Assembly: GCA_012729715.1 (NCBI GenBank)
Contig: JAAYCQ010000147.1
Location: 1,624 to 65,623, forward strand
Reading direction: 5' to 3'
Length of the DNA: 64,000 nt
From: Syntrophomonadaceae bacterium
GTDB lineage: Bacteria; Bacillota; Syntrophomonadia; Syntrophomonadales; Syntrophomonadaceae
Part shown: positions 34,483 through 44,398 of the stretch, one piece after another
Numbering within the stretch: position 1 is the first letter of the stretch
Layout: each line of letters opens with the position of its first letter
Program-made: the position numbers and the translations under genes
Notes under the pieces: generated by a model
The model's input: the letters and a program-made list of their open reading frames with translations, nothing else
Databases searched by the model: none
What the model was told of the DNA's origin: nothing

Positions 34483-35358
34483 TTATAGTCTACTCAAATG
34501 AGGCGGTCGGAAGTTGGAAGCATCCAAAGTAAGGGCATGATCAAGAGAAGCCAGCATTTCAGACTTATCCTCCGGTAACCTTCCTTGTACATTCCAGTAA
34601 TTAGCAACATGATCACTTAAGACCATGCTATTTTCGCATTCCAGATTCTCCACCAGCGTACGTAGTTCCTGTAAAGCCTGGTGAGCATTTAGTAACGTAA
34701 AGTTGCCGTTACAGTAATCTTCATATAAGGGAGAACCGGGATAGGGCACCAGGGTTCTTATCCGGATAAAATCAGGGCTAAAAGCGCTCAAGGTCCGGGC
34801 ACTGTTTAGAGCATGTTCGTAACTTCTTTCTAGCCCGCCGATGCCGGTAAGGTAGTACTCACTTACTTCGATCCCTGCCTTTTTTAGCTTTAAACCAGCT
34901 GATATTATTTGTTCTGAAGTAGTGCCTTTATTAATTTTCTCCAGGGTAATATCATCGCCACTTTCCATTCCGGTGTGTATCCGGCTTAAGCCTGCCTCTT
35001 TAAGCAACTTAAGCTCTTCATTGCTCTTACGATCAACGAAGCGGGCGGAACCATATACGGTTATGCGCTGTAAATAAGGAAACAACTGATGGGCATAATT
35101 TAATATTTCCACTAATCGTTCCGTTTTCATTACTATAGTATTTCCATCTGGGAAAAAGAGAGAATTGATATGCTCCCCATAATAATCCCGGGCAGCATCC
35201 AGGTCCTCCTTAATTTCCTCTACTGTCCGCAGCCTGAACTTTGTACCTTTATACATGCTACAAAAAGTACACTTATTATGGGGACAACCTATACTGGCCT
35301 GAATAAGAAGGCTATAGGCTTCACTGGGGGGGCGATACACGGTTCCTTCATAACGCAT
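34483..35358 (-). CDS. radical SAM protein
   Basis: CPHNKCTFCSMY is a CxxxCxxC cluster 30 aa or so from the N-terminus, with the upstream PPSEAYSLLIQ motif. The start was moved to ATG 35358, which has RBS gaggagg upstream. Confidence 0.85.
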   Translation of the reverse strand: MRYEGTVYRPPSEAYSLLIQASIGCPHNKCTFCSMYKGTKFRLRTVEEIKEDLDAARDYYGEHINSLFFPDGNTIVMKTERLVEILNYAHQLFPYLQRITVYGSARFVDRKSNEELKLLKEAGLSRIHTGMESGDDITLEKINKGTTSEQIISAGLKLKKAGIEVSEYYLTGIGGLERSYEHALNSARTLSAFSPDFIRIRTLVPYPGSPLYEDYCNGNFTLLNAHQALQELRTLVENLECENSMVLSDHVANYWNVQGRLPEDKSEMLASLDHALTLDASNFRPPHLSRL

Positions 35359-35488
35359 ATGCTTAATACCTCCTCTGTCCCTATAGATTAGCAAAAATAC
35401 CCACGGTTTAAAAGAGCTGCGCATATAATTCTATTGTTAAATCCAATAAAAAGCTATATATTAAAACAAAGTACCCATTTATAAGGGG

Positions 35489-36283
35489 TTGGTGGTCATA
35501 TCTGTTAAACTACTAATCGTAGACGATGATGAAAGAGAAAGAATAGTACTCCGCTATGTACTCGAGCAGATTAAAGATGTCGAAATTGTAGGGGAAGCGG
35601 TGCATGGCCTGGAGGCTCTCATGCTGTGCCAGGAAAAAAAAGTTGATTTAGTTTTCCTGGATATTACCATGCCCGAAATGGGTGGATTGGAAACTGCGCA
35701 TAAATTAAAACAGCTAAAAGATGCACCTCTGTTTGCCTTTATTACGGTTAAAAAAGATATGGCGGTCGAAGCTTTCGAACTGGGAGCTCTGGACTATATC
35801 GTCAAACCAATTGAACAAAACCGGGTTGAACGGACTATCGAACGGGCCCGGCAGCACATAGGCGACCGGGAAACCATCGAAGAGATGGTAAAAAACAAGC
35901 TAAAAGAGCGGATTGACCTCATCCTGGAAAGATACCGCAATTATGAACTATATTCTGATAAACTGCCGGTCCGGGAGAAAGGGAAAATATCCCTGTTAAA
36001 CCAGGACGACATTATTTTCTGTGAGAGCCAGGGTAAAAAAGTCTATATATGTACATGTAATGAGGGCTTTCTCAGCAATTATACCTTGAATGAACTAGAA
36101 AAACGGCTTAATAGTATAAACTTCTTCCGTGCTCATCAAGCATATATAGTAAACCTTAACCATATTAAAGAGATAATAAACTTTGGCGAAGGTTCTTATG
36201 TTTTGCATCTGGAAAATTGCGATAAGAACATAATTTTAAGCCGCTCCAAAGCCAAGTTATTGAGGCAAAAGTTAGGTATTTAG
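35489..36283 (+). CDS. LytR/AlgR-family response regulator (REC plus LytTR DNA-binding domain)
   Basis: The REC domain has LLIVDDDE...DLVFLDITMP...KP. The C-terminal LytTR domain has FFRAHQAYIVNLNHIKEI...LSRSKAKLLRQKLG. No histidine kinase gene is adjacent. Confidence 0.88.
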   Translation: MVVISVKLLIVDDDERERIVLRYVLEQIKDVEIVGEAVHGLEALMLCQEKKVDLVFLDITMPEMGGLETAHKLKQLKDAPLFAFITVKKDMAVEAFELGALDYIVKPIEQNRVERTIERARQHIGDRETIEEMVKNKLKERIDLILERYRNYELYSDKLPVREKGKISLLNQDDIIFCESQGKKVYICTCNEGFLSNYTLNELEKRLNSINFFRAHQAYIVNLNHIKEIINFGEGSYVLHLENCDKNIILSRSKAKLLRQKLGI

Positions 36284-36762
36284 AAAAATATAAGTTATAC
36301 TAATAAAAGGGCAGATTATACCTAAAAAAATACTAAATGCACTTAGCTATTGCATATTCCATTAACATTTACATAAGAAATTGGGTACGGTAATAACGGT
36401 AGTGTAGAACGTTTAAAGCTTATTTCCCCTTTTTATTGTTATTTTTTAATAAATCCCTAAATATGCGAAACCAATGGCAGGCTAGTGCAAAGTATCCTTC
36501 TATTACAACCAACTGCAGCTTATATAGAGAAAAAAATCACAAAATAGTTTATAGTATAAGTGTAGGAAAGTTCGTTATTTTAGATGAAAGGGAGGTTAGG
36601 AGGAGGAGTTAGAAACCTGAATGGTAAGTACGGAGCAGAACTATTCAGGAAATAGAGAATTAATTGAATACGTAGAATTGAAGCATTCCATTTTAGTAGG
36701 CAACAGATGCAAGCGTTTTATTTTTGCAAAACCGCATCCGGCAAGAGATTGGAGTGATGCTC

Positions 36763-37974
36763 ATGATACCTTTTTATAAGCTTGAACGCTATGAGGGTAA
36801 CGAGGCCCTATTTGAACTGGTAATGATGTCCATTGTTTCTAGTTATGTAGGGGAACCCTTGCATGTACACGCGGAAGGACTAAGGGGTACAGGGAAGACC
36901 ACCATAATGCGAGCGGCCCGCGATATACTCCCTACAATTGAGCGGATTAAGGGATGTATATATAATTGTGATCCGGCTGCTCCTCACTGTCCTCATCATA
37001 AAAATCTGAGCGCAGAGGAAATTAAGGCTATTGGGGTAGAAGTAATTCCTATGCCTTTCCTGGAAATTTCCCATTCTGCTAAAGTAGGTACAGTTGCAGG
37101 CAGTATAGACTTGGCTCGACTGACTGACCCTGCCCATCCCGAAGCTCAGTTACTTCCTGGAATCATACCGCAGGCCCACCGGGGCATAATATTTATTGAC
37201 GAAATCAACCGACTTGCTGACACCTCACCAGAGATCACCGACATATTACTGGACGTTATGGGTAACAAACCCGGTCACCTGCAGATTGAAGAAGCAGGAC
37301 TGCCGGTTGTTGAAATACCTGTTAGTGTTTCCGTATGGGCAGCTTCAAATCCTGATGAAGAGCCCGGACCCCTGGAAGAAATTCGCAGGCAATTATCTGA
37401 CCGTTTTGACATGGTATGTTACATGGGAAGACCTGATTCTCTGGACATACTGGCCAATATGCTGGAAGAAAATTCCCATTTTCACAAAGCAAAACAGGCT
37501 AATGAGGCGGAGACGGCTGCGGCTGATGAGAGCAAGAACGAGCAGTATCGCAATGACATTATTAAGTGGGCAGCAATGTATGAAAAAACTGATCTTCCCG
37601 ACTTTTTACGTAATTTTATCGCCCGTCTGTATATTAAGCATAATTTGGAAAGTATCCGGGCCATACAAGCTATGCAACAGGGAGCAGTGCTACACAGTGT
37701 CTTAAAGAACCGGGACAAAGTAATGATAACCGATGTAACCTATATGATACCTCTGGTTTTGAAACACCGGGTTGATGGCGATACCCTGGTACGAATGATT
37801 AATGATGTTGATTCCCGAGGTTCAAAAGATGGCATCCTAAATTTTAAAGGCAGAAAAAACAAAAAAGATGAAAGTGATCCCGAGTATTTTCAGCAGGTAG
37901 CACGTCCACTCAAGGATATGCACCGGGGTGAATTAGTACACACGGAAAAAACATTAACCCCTAGTGATTTTTAA
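36763..37974 (+). CDS. ChlI/BchI-type AAA+ ATPase (magnesium-chelatase I-subunit-like)
   Basis: Walker A is GLRGTGKTT and Walker B is IIFIDEINRL. Other family blocks are VSVWAASNPDE, LSDRFD and a C-terminal VLKHRV. A Cys/His insertion GCIYNCDPAAPHCPHH is present. The start is uncertain among TTG 36724, ATG 36757 and ATG 36763. ATG 36763 has GGAG 8 nt upstream. Confidence 0.8.
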   Translation: MIPFYKLERYEGNEALFELVMMSIVSSYVGEPLHVHAEGLRGTGKTTIMRAARDILPTIERIKGCIYNCDPAAPHCPHHKNLSAEEIKAIGVEVIPMPFLEISHSAKVGTVAGSIDLARLTDPAHPEAQLLPGIIPQAHRGIIFIDEINRLADTSPEITDILLDVMGNKPGHLQIEEAGLPVVEIPVSVSVWAASNPDEEPGPLEEIRRQLSDRFDMVCYMGRPDSLDILANMLEENSHFHKAKQANEAETAAADESKNEQYRNDIIKWAAMYEKTDLPDFLRNFIARLYIKHNLESIRAIQAMQQGAVLHSVLKNRDKVMITDVTYMIPLVLKHRVDGDTLVRMINDVDSRGSKDGILNFKGRKNKKDESDPEYFQQVARPLKDMHRGELVHTEKTLTPSDF

Positions 37975-37989
37975 AGGGGGTGGAGTCTT

Positions 37990-39768
37990 ATGCTAGGTGA
38001 AGAGACTAATGTAGACAAGGCGGCTTCCGTAGGTAATTACCTTAGCCTTTATTTTGGTCAAAATCAGGGCGTAAGACTGGGTGAAAGCACAGTAATTAGC
38101 CGCCGGGCTCATGCTCGGATGCCGGAAAAACGGGTTAAGGGCCAAATCAAAATATTAATTAATCGTGATGCCGGCAAAACCTATTTAGACTATGTAGACG
38201 TTGACCAGGTTGTTCATATTGATGTGTATCATAAAGCCGGGGAGATTGATCCCCGTGATGTGGCCAGAGCGATATTCTGGGCATTGGATGAGCATTTCCT
38301 GGAAAAAGATCCTCAGCTGCAATATGCCGAGGAAGAACGTTTTAAAATGGTAAGCGGCTACGCCAATAAGATTTTTATCACCACCAATCAGGGTAAGGGA
38401 TTGCTCTATGACCTGTTTCAAGATGTTTTAAAACCCTATATTGAAGGGGAAGAAGGCCATGACCACGTTCATATCCTGGCTCGTTTAAACCGGGAAGAAT
38501 ATTACCTGGCTTATGTTATTGCGGAGACGGTCGAAGAAGTAATACTGGCATCCGGGCTAAAACTATCCAAAGTGCGAAATATTGTCCATGGAAACCAAAA
38601 AGAGGAACGGGATAGCTATGCCGGCTATATCAAACTACCCTGGAAAAATTTCAAAGGGCAAAATGCTCACCAGCTCCCGGATAAGGAAAACGTAAATCAA
38701 TTAATCCTTAAGCTGGCTGAAAAATTTGGCGGTGTAGATGAAATTGAAGAGTTCATGGAAAGCTATTCTACTAATATATTTAAACGCAAGGGTATAGAAC
38801 AGCAGAAGAAAAAATGGGGCGATGTGGAGCACGATGTCGAGCAGCTTGAGGAACTGGGACTTATAAAGGATTCTATTCTGGGCAAGGTTCTTACTAAAAA
38901 AGGCCTTATGCTGCAGGATTTTGTAGTCAAACACAAGTGTGAACTGGAAACTGAAATCCGTCGCAATGTTCGTAAAGCGCCATCCGGAGGTAGTGGGCGC
39001 TTTAAGAAGTTGGGCAAGGTAGACAGCAAAACTGCTCAAGTAGAGTATACCAATCGTAACCGAACTGTAAATGATCCAGATAAAAACTGGTCTGGTGACC
39101 TGGCCGTACCGGAAACCATCATCCAGGCCAAGAAAAATAGTTTTTTAAGAGGAGATACCCATTTTACTATTAAAAAACAAGATTTACATTTTTATGATAA
39201 AAAAACCTATGTCCCTATAGATATTTGCCTCTTAATTGATGCCAGTGGTAGTATGGCCGGGGATAAACGCCAGGCTGCCTGTTTCCTGGCCGAACACCTG
39301 CTTATTAGTGGTAAAGAAAAAGTAGCGGTAGTTACTTTTCAGGAACGCAGCAGCGAAGTGGTAGTACCTTTTACCCGTAACCAGCGGGTGCTAAGTAAAG
39401 GGCTATCTACTATCAGCCCGGCCGGTTTGACTCCAATGGCTAATGGTATTATGACTGCAGTGGATCTTATTAAAAATAATCGGGTAAAAAATCCTCTGCT
39501 AGTACTAATAACAGATGGAATACCCAACACTCCCCTCTGGACGCTGGATGCCAAGGCTGACGCTCTGGAAGCAGCTACTCATATTAAGGAGAATAAGATT
39601 CGTCTAATATGTATAGGGGTAGAGTCTAACCGCATTTTCCTGGAAAAACTATCAGAACGGGCTGATGGAGCACTGTATCTGGTGGATGACCTGAATAAAG
39701 ATAATCTGATTAATATTGTTCGTCATGAAAAGAAGACCATGATGGAAACCCATAAAAATATGGCCTAG
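37990..39768 (+). CDS. vWA-domain protein with a large uncharacterised N-terminal region
   Basis: The C-terminal vWA domain has MIDAS residues DASGSM, TPMANG and LITDGIPN. I recognise no motif in the N-terminal 400 aa or so, including no AAA+ module as in ChlD. It starts 13 nt after the ATPase gene. Confidence 0.8.
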   Translation: MLGEETNVDKAASVGNYLSLYFGQNQGVRLGESTVISRRAHARMPEKRVKGQIKILINRDAGKTYLDYVDVDQVVHIDVYHKAGEIDPRDVARAIFWALDEHFLEKDPQLQYAEEERFKMVSGYANKIFITTNQGKGLLYDLFQDVLKPYIEGEEGHDHVHILARLNREEYYLAYVIAETVEEVILASGLKLSKVRNIVHGNQKEERDSYAGYIKLPWKNFKGQNAHQLPDKENVNQLILKLAEKFGGVDEIEEFMESYSTNIFKRKGIEQQKKKWGDVEHDVEQLEELGLIKDSILGKVLTKKGLMLQDFVVKHKCELETEIRRNVRKAPSGGSGRFKKLGKVDSKTAQVEYTNRNRTVNDPDKNWSGDLAVPETIIQAKKNSFLRGDTHFTIKKQDLHFYDKKTYVPIDICLLIDASGSMAGDKRQAACFLAEHLLISGKEKVAVVTFQERSSEVVVPFTRNQRVLSKGLSTISPAGLTPMANGIMTAVDLIKNNRVKNPLLVLITDGIPNTPLWTLDAKADALEAATHIKENKIRLICIGVESNRIFLEKLSERADGALYLVDDLNKDNLINIVRHEKKTMMETHKNMA

Positions 39769-39910
39769 AATTTAATTGAGGGTAATAACTCCTCCTTCAT
39801 AAATGAGCACCATTTTGGTGCTCTCTTTTTTTGTAAATGGATTTTCATGGTATATTTTTGGGACCAGCCTCGTAATCATTGTAAAAGGAAAAAAGAGGGA
39901 GGCTGGCATT

Positions 39911-40519
39911 ATGAGTAAAAAGGCTATAAGCATTCTGGCGGTGATTATACTGGCCATCTGCCTGATAAGTGGAGGTTGCTCAGCGCCTTCGGACCAGAGG
40001 GTGGATATAAAGAACTGGAAAGATTTACTCAGCCTGGCACCGGAGAAATCCAAAACTACACTTCCTAACAGGTCTGAAGGAAAAGTTAAGCCAGAAGAAA
40101 ATCCTGAAGCAGGCCAGGAACTAATAGAAGTTAAACTCTATTTTGTCGGGCCAGATGGTAAAAGTCTGGTTATGGAAGAAAGAAGTATAGCCAGGACCGA
40201 AAGCATGGCCCGTAATACCCTCCAGGAACTGATAAAGGGTCCGGCTGAAAACGAGAATCTACCGGTCATTCCCGAAGGCACTCGTTTACGGGATATTAAT
40301 CTCAAGCCCGATGGTTTATGCATTGTGGATCTAAGCTCCCAGGCCCGACAGGCTGGCAATGCAGATCAAGAAAGGCTAATGGTCTATGCTATTGCCAATA
40401 CCCTGGGACAATTTCCCACGGTAAAGGATGTAAGCTTTATGATTGACGGCCAGAAGGTTAAGACTATTGCCGGATTTCTGGAGTTATCCAGCTCAATTAA
40501 GCCTGATTATAGTATTTAA
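39911..40519 (+). CDS. GerMN-domain lipoprotein (GerM-like)
   Basis: Signal peptide plus lipobox LISGGC. The GerMN block is VKLYFVGPDGKSLV...TLQELIKGP...IPEGTRL..INL....C.VDLS...ANTL.QFPTVK.V.F.IDG. ATG 39911 has RBS gaggga. Confidence 0.8.
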   Translation: MSKKAISILAVIILAICLISGGCSAPSDQRVDIKNWKDLLSLAPEKSKTTLPNRSEGKVKPEENPEAGQELIEVKLYFVGPDGKSLVMEERSIARTESMARNTLQELIKGPAENENLPVIPEGTRLRDINLKPDGLCIVDLSSQARQAGNADQERLMVYAIANTLGQFPTVKDVSFMIDGQKVKTIAGFLELSSSIKPDYSI

Positions 40520-40537
40520 CCAGGGTTCTGTGCTAAT

Positions 40538-40574
40538 GGGTGAGCCAATCGGGATACTCCCTTTTGGCTCACCC
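40538..40574 (+). terminator. hairpin after gerM (terminator-like, no clear U-tract)
   Basis: 11-bp stem gggtgagccaa/ttggctcaccc with a 15-nt loop. Confidence 0.4.
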
Positions 40575-40836
40575 TGCTATGTAAATTATTGTTCGCAAGC
40601 TGCTATAGGCAAATTTAAAACCTGCACTTACACCATTTAAAATCTTTCCCATAAACTATTACACCTTCTGATTAGAACCCCTCTACAGAGTTAGATCATA
40701 CTTTTTAGGGGGTAATCATAGAATATCTACGCTAAAAGTGATAAATTATTTAAGAAGTAACTCTTAAAATGAGACCTGGTTGACGGTGCCGGTTTAAAAA
40801 GAAAGTTCCGGGTCTTTAAAAGAAGGAGTGTTATAG

Positions 40837-41646
40837 GTGGGGGATAATAGACCCATTGGCATATTTGATTCCGGAGTAGGGGGACTGACCGTGGTCAGAT
40901 CCCTGTTGGAAAAGCTTCCCCAGGAAAGCTTTATATATTTTGGTGATACTGCTCATGTACCATACGGTAACAAAAGCGAGCAGGAACTAATGCGTTATGC
41001 TCGAGAGATAATAGCTTTTTTACTGAACCAGGATGTTAAAGCCATAATAGTTGCCTGTGGAACTCATTCCTCCATTACCCTGCCCCGAATTTTGGAGCAT
41101 TATACTGTTCCTTTACTGGGGGTAGTAAAAGCTGCCGCCAGTTGTGCGGTTAAAACGACCCGTAATGGGAAAATAGGTATCGCTGCTACTCAGGCAACCG
41201 TAAACAGCCGGGCCTATACCAGTGAAATTCAGAGACTGGATGCAGGCCTTAAGGTTTATGAAACGGCTTGTCCTGCATTTGTCCCCCTGGTAGAGGCAGG
41301 GAAACTGGAGGAAGAAGAGACCAGAAAGGCGGTCAGCGAATACCTGCAACCACTCCTGGATGAGGGAATTGACAGCCTGGTTTTGGGCTGTACCCATTAT
41401 CCGTTTCTAGGTAAAGTTATAAACGAATTTACCGGGGAGGGTATTGAGGTAATAGACCCTTCATGTAAAACGATTGAACAGGTAATTGATATATTTTCAC
41501 GACAGGATTTATTTAACCAACAGGACCAGGCCCATTTCAGAAAATTTTATGTTAGCGGCAATGATGAGTCTTTCTATAATGTGGGTCGGTTACTAATAGG
41601 AGATACTATAAAAGAAGTGCATAGAGTTAGGATTAGTGAGGCATAA
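40837..41646 (+). CDS. murI: glutamate racemase
   Basis: Contains IGIFDSGVGGLTV, IVACGT (first catalytic Cys) and VLGCTHYP (second catalytic Cys). GTG start with RBS aaggag. Confidence 0.93.
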   Translation: MGDNRPIGIFDSGVGGLTVVRSLLEKLPQESFIYFGDTAHVPYGNKSEQELMRYAREIIAFLLNQDVKAIIVACGTHSSITLPRILEHYTVPLLGVVKAAASCAVKTTRNGKIGIAATQATVNSRAYTSEIQRLDAGLKVYETACPAFVPLVEAGKLEEEETRKAVSEYLQPLLDEGIDSLVLGCTHYPFLGKVINEFTGEGIEVIDPSCKTIEQVIDIFSRQDLFNQQDQAHFRKFYVSGNDESFYNVGRLLIGDTIKEVHRVRISEA

Positions 41647-41715
41647 GGTACAAAGGTGTAGGGGCGGACCCATGTGTCCGCCCGCTTATTACCTCACCCC
41701 TCACCCCTTACTCTT
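41630..41715. repeat. family B repeat (array, hairpin, inverted array) overlapping the murI 3' end
   Basis: gttaggattagtgaggcataagg, acaaaggtgtagggg, hairpin gggcggac/gtccgccc (41662-41683), then cctcacccctcaccccttactc. Confidence 0.8.
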
Positions 41716-41784
41716 AACAAATAACAACAAAACAGTTACCATGTTAGAATCTGTATTAAAAATTTTTCCTAAAGGATAATTCAT

Positions 41785-42759
41785 ATGAGCAAAATAGGAT
41801 TTACCACCAGCATACCGGTAGAGATTATCATTGCTGCCGGGAAAACCCCGCTGGACCTTAACAACATTTTTATATCAGCCCCCAAACCTCAAGCTCTGGC
41901 CGAAATTGCTGAAGAAGCAGGATATCCCCGCACTACTTGTGGCTGGATAAAAGGTCTGTATGCTGTAGCCTTAAACGAAGATTTGGAAGCGCTAATAGCA
42001 GTAATGCAGGGGGATTGCAGTAACACCCAGGCTCTAATGGAGACCTTGCAGCTTAAAGGCATAAACATTATCCCCTTTGCCTACCCCTTTGACCGTGACC
42101 CCGGGAGCCTGAAAATGCAGATAGAAAAGTTAATGAAATATTTTCGGGTTGATTGGGGACAGGTGGAAGAAACCAGGGAGTCACTAAAACCCGTACGTGC
42201 TCTATGTTCTAAATTGGATACTATGACCTGGAGGGACAACCTGGTCAGCAGCGAGGAAAACCATTACTACCTGGTTTCATCCAGCGACTTTAACCGCAAT
42301 CCCACTCAATACCAGGATGAACTGCAATTATTCATAGAGAAGGCCTATACCCGGAATCCTTACCGGGACAAGGTGCGCCTGGCCTATATTGGGGTACCAC
42401 CTATATTTACCGACCTCTACCAGGTGCTGGAGTCTTTGGGTGCTAGAGTAGTATATAACGAAGTACAGAGGCAGTTTTCCATGCCTGTGCCCAGTAATAA
42501 TATAGTGGAACAATATATTAAATATACTTATCCTTATGGGGCCTTTGCCCGCCTGGACGATATTCAGGCAGAAGTAGCTCGCAGAAATATTGACGGAATC
42601 ATACACTACACCCAATCCTTTTGTTACCGACAGATTGAGGACTTAATATTTCGGGAAAAACTGGACCTGCCCTTTTTAACCCTGGAAGGAGACCGGGCTG
42701 GTCGGGTTGATGCCCGCACCCGCATGCGGCTGGAAGCCTTTGTTAATATGCTAAGATAA
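41785..42759 (+). CDS. 2-hydroxyacyl-CoA dehydratase / benzoyl-CoA reductase BcrC-BadD-HgdB family protein (single subunit)
   Basis: 324 aa. The pattern IGFTTSIPVEII.AAG..P.DLNN plus C-terminal DGIIHYTQSFCYRQ...LDLPFLTLEGD is typical of this family. Confidence 0.75.
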   Translation: MSKIGFTTSIPVEIIIAAGKTPLDLNNIFISAPKPQALAEIAEEAGYPRTTCGWIKGLYAVALNEDLEALIAVMQGDCSNTQALMETLQLKGINIIPFAYPFDRDPGSLKMQIEKLMKYFRVDWGQVEETRESLKPVRALCSKLDTMTWRDNLVSSEENHYYLVSSSDFNRNPTQYQDELQLFIEKAYTRNPYRDKVRLAYIGVPPIFTDLYQVLESLGARVVYNEVQRQFSMPVPSNNIVEQYIKYTYPYGAFARLDDIQAEVARRNIDGIIHYTQSFCYRQIEDLIFREKLDLPFLTLEGDRAGRVDARTRMRLEAFVNMLR

Positions 42760-42778
42760 ACTATGAAAGGACAGGCTA

Positions 42779-43528
42779 ATGATTGGTATAGATCTGGGAT
42801 CCAGAAATGTTAAAATCGTAAGATTTGCAGCTGGAAAAATTATCGAAAAGAAGATTTATGATACTATTAAGTTTTATCGCCATTATGGGAAGAATGTAAA
42901 TAACCGGTTACAATTGGACTGGGAACGGCTGGAGCTGCCCCGGGAAGATATTGTTGCTACCGGCTACGGTAAAATGACTATAGAATTAGAAGGTGCAGTA
43001 CAAATACCAGAAATTCAAGCCCATAGCATAGGGGCAGTATATCAGAGCAAACTTGCTGATTTTACCTTACTGGATATTGGGGGACAGGATACCAAGGTAA
43101 TAAAAATTCGCAAATCCCGTGCCGTTGATTTTCTGACTAATGACCGCTGTGCTGCCAGTTCCGGGCGCTATATGGAAAACATGGCTGCCGTACTGGGAAT
43201 TAGCCTGCAGGAGTTAGCCTCTTATAATCAGGACCCGGTTGAATTAAGTTCCACCTGCGCTATTTTTGGGGAAACAGAAATTATTGCTCGTATAGTAGAA
43301 GGATATTCCTTGGAGCGGCTAGCAGCCGGGGTCAACTATGCTCTCTATAAACGTTTTTCTACTATGTTGAACAAACTATATAGTGATATTATTATCATGT
43401 CCGGCGGAGGTTCGCTAAACCAGGCATTAAGGGATATAATTGCAAGAGAAACCGGTTGCCAGGTGATAGAACTGGACGAACCCCTTTTCAATGGCGCCCT
43501 GGGCTGTTGCGTATATAATGAGGCGTGA
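42779..43528 (+). CDS. BcrAD/BadFG/HgdC-type activase ATPase
   Basis: Contains IGIDLGSRNVKIV, DIGGQDTKVI, CAASSGRYMENMA (cluster Cys region) and SGGGS. Confidence 0.85.
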   Translation: MIGIDLGSRNVKIVRFAAGKIIEKKIYDTIKFYRHYGKNVNNRLQLDWERLELPREDIVATGYGKMTIELEGAVQIPEIQAHSIGAVYQSKLADFTLLDIGGQDTKVIKIRKSRAVDFLTNDRCAASSGRYMENMAAVLGISLQELASYNQDPVELSSTCAIFGETEIIARIVEGYSLERLAAGVNYALYKRFSTMLNKLYSDIIIMSGGGSLNQALRDIIARETGCQVIELDEPLFNGALGCCVYNEA

Positions 43529-43590
43529 GGAGTAAGATGTTAGGCGTAAGGTGCGAGGTGTGTGAGCTGAACCCTCACCCTTAAATTTAA
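43513..43590. repeat. family B hexamer array overlapping the activase stop codon
   Basis: Sequence atataatgaggcgtgaggagtaagatgttaggcgtaaggtgcgaggtgtgtgagc...ccctcaccc. Its first 21 nt are identical to 11474-11494. Confidence 0.8.
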
Positions 43591-43672
43591 ACAAGTTATA
43601 ACCACAGTTACAACTTTTGAGTGTATATTAAACCTAATAACCAAGGACCACGATAACGAGGAGTGAATTTTA

Positions 43673-44398
43673 ATGAGTAGACCTTTAGACAGGTTAAATG
43701 ACCAGATGCGACCGGTTAGAATTATACCCGGATTTCTAAAACACCCTGATGGTTCGGTTTTGATTGAAACTGGTGATACCAGGGTACTTTGTTCGGCTAT
43801 GGTTGAGGAGCGGGTCCCCCCCTTCCTGAAAGGCAGTAACAGTGGCTGGGTAACTGCGGAATATTCATTGCTGCCGGCATCAACTGAAACCAGAAGTCCT
43901 CGTGAAGCTGCCCGGGGTAAAATTAGCGGCAGAACTTCAGAGATCCAACGGCTTATCGGCAGATCCCTGAGGGCCGTAGTTGACATGGAAAAGCTCGGTG
44001 AGAGAACTATATGGATTGACTGTGATGTCATTCAGGCTGATGGAGGTACCAGGACAGCATCAGTTACCGGTAGTTTCGTTGCTCTTTACCTGGCCTTAAA
44101 AAAACTTAAGGATAACGGAACCATAGATAACATTCCTATAAAAGACTACGTTGCAGCCATAAGTGTGGGCATAGTAGAAGGCATCCCGGTACTTGATTTG
44201 GAGTATGTTGAGGACTCCGGTGCTGATGTGGATATGAACGTAGTAATGACCGGCAGAGGTGATTTTGTAGAAATACAAGGTACTGGTGAAAAAAGTGTAT
44301 TTAGCCGCCAGGACCTGGAGGTTCTGCTGGGATTGGCCCAAAAGGGGATACAGGAACTCATTACCCTGCAAAAGAATATCCTGGAGGAGCAAATCTAA
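43673..44398 (+). CDS. rph: ribonuclease PH
   Basis: Contains [35 protein letters not shown] and [12 protein letters not shown]. Confidence 0.95.
   Translation: MSRPLDRLNDQMRPVRIIPGFLKHPDGSVLIETGDTRVLCSAMVEERVPPFLKGSNSGWVTAEYSLLPASTETRSPREAARGKISGRTSEIQRLIGRSLRAVVDMEKLGERTIWIDCDVIQADGGTRTASVTGSFVALYLALKKLKDNGTIDNIPIKDYVAAISVGIVEGIPVLDLEYVEDSGADVDMNVVMTGRGDFVEIQGTGEKSVFSRQDLEVLLGLAQKGIQELITLQKNILEEQI

Noticed and set aside
36621-36779. 52-codon upstream ORF (MVSTEQNYSGNRELIEYVELKHSILVGNRCKRFIFAKPHPARDWSDAHDTFL) overlapping the ChlI-like start.
   Set aside because: The SD-like run sits 12 nt from the ATG, which is long. The peptide has no recognisable feature, and conservation cannot be assessed here. 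It is mentioned under the ChlI/vWA finding but not called as a gene.
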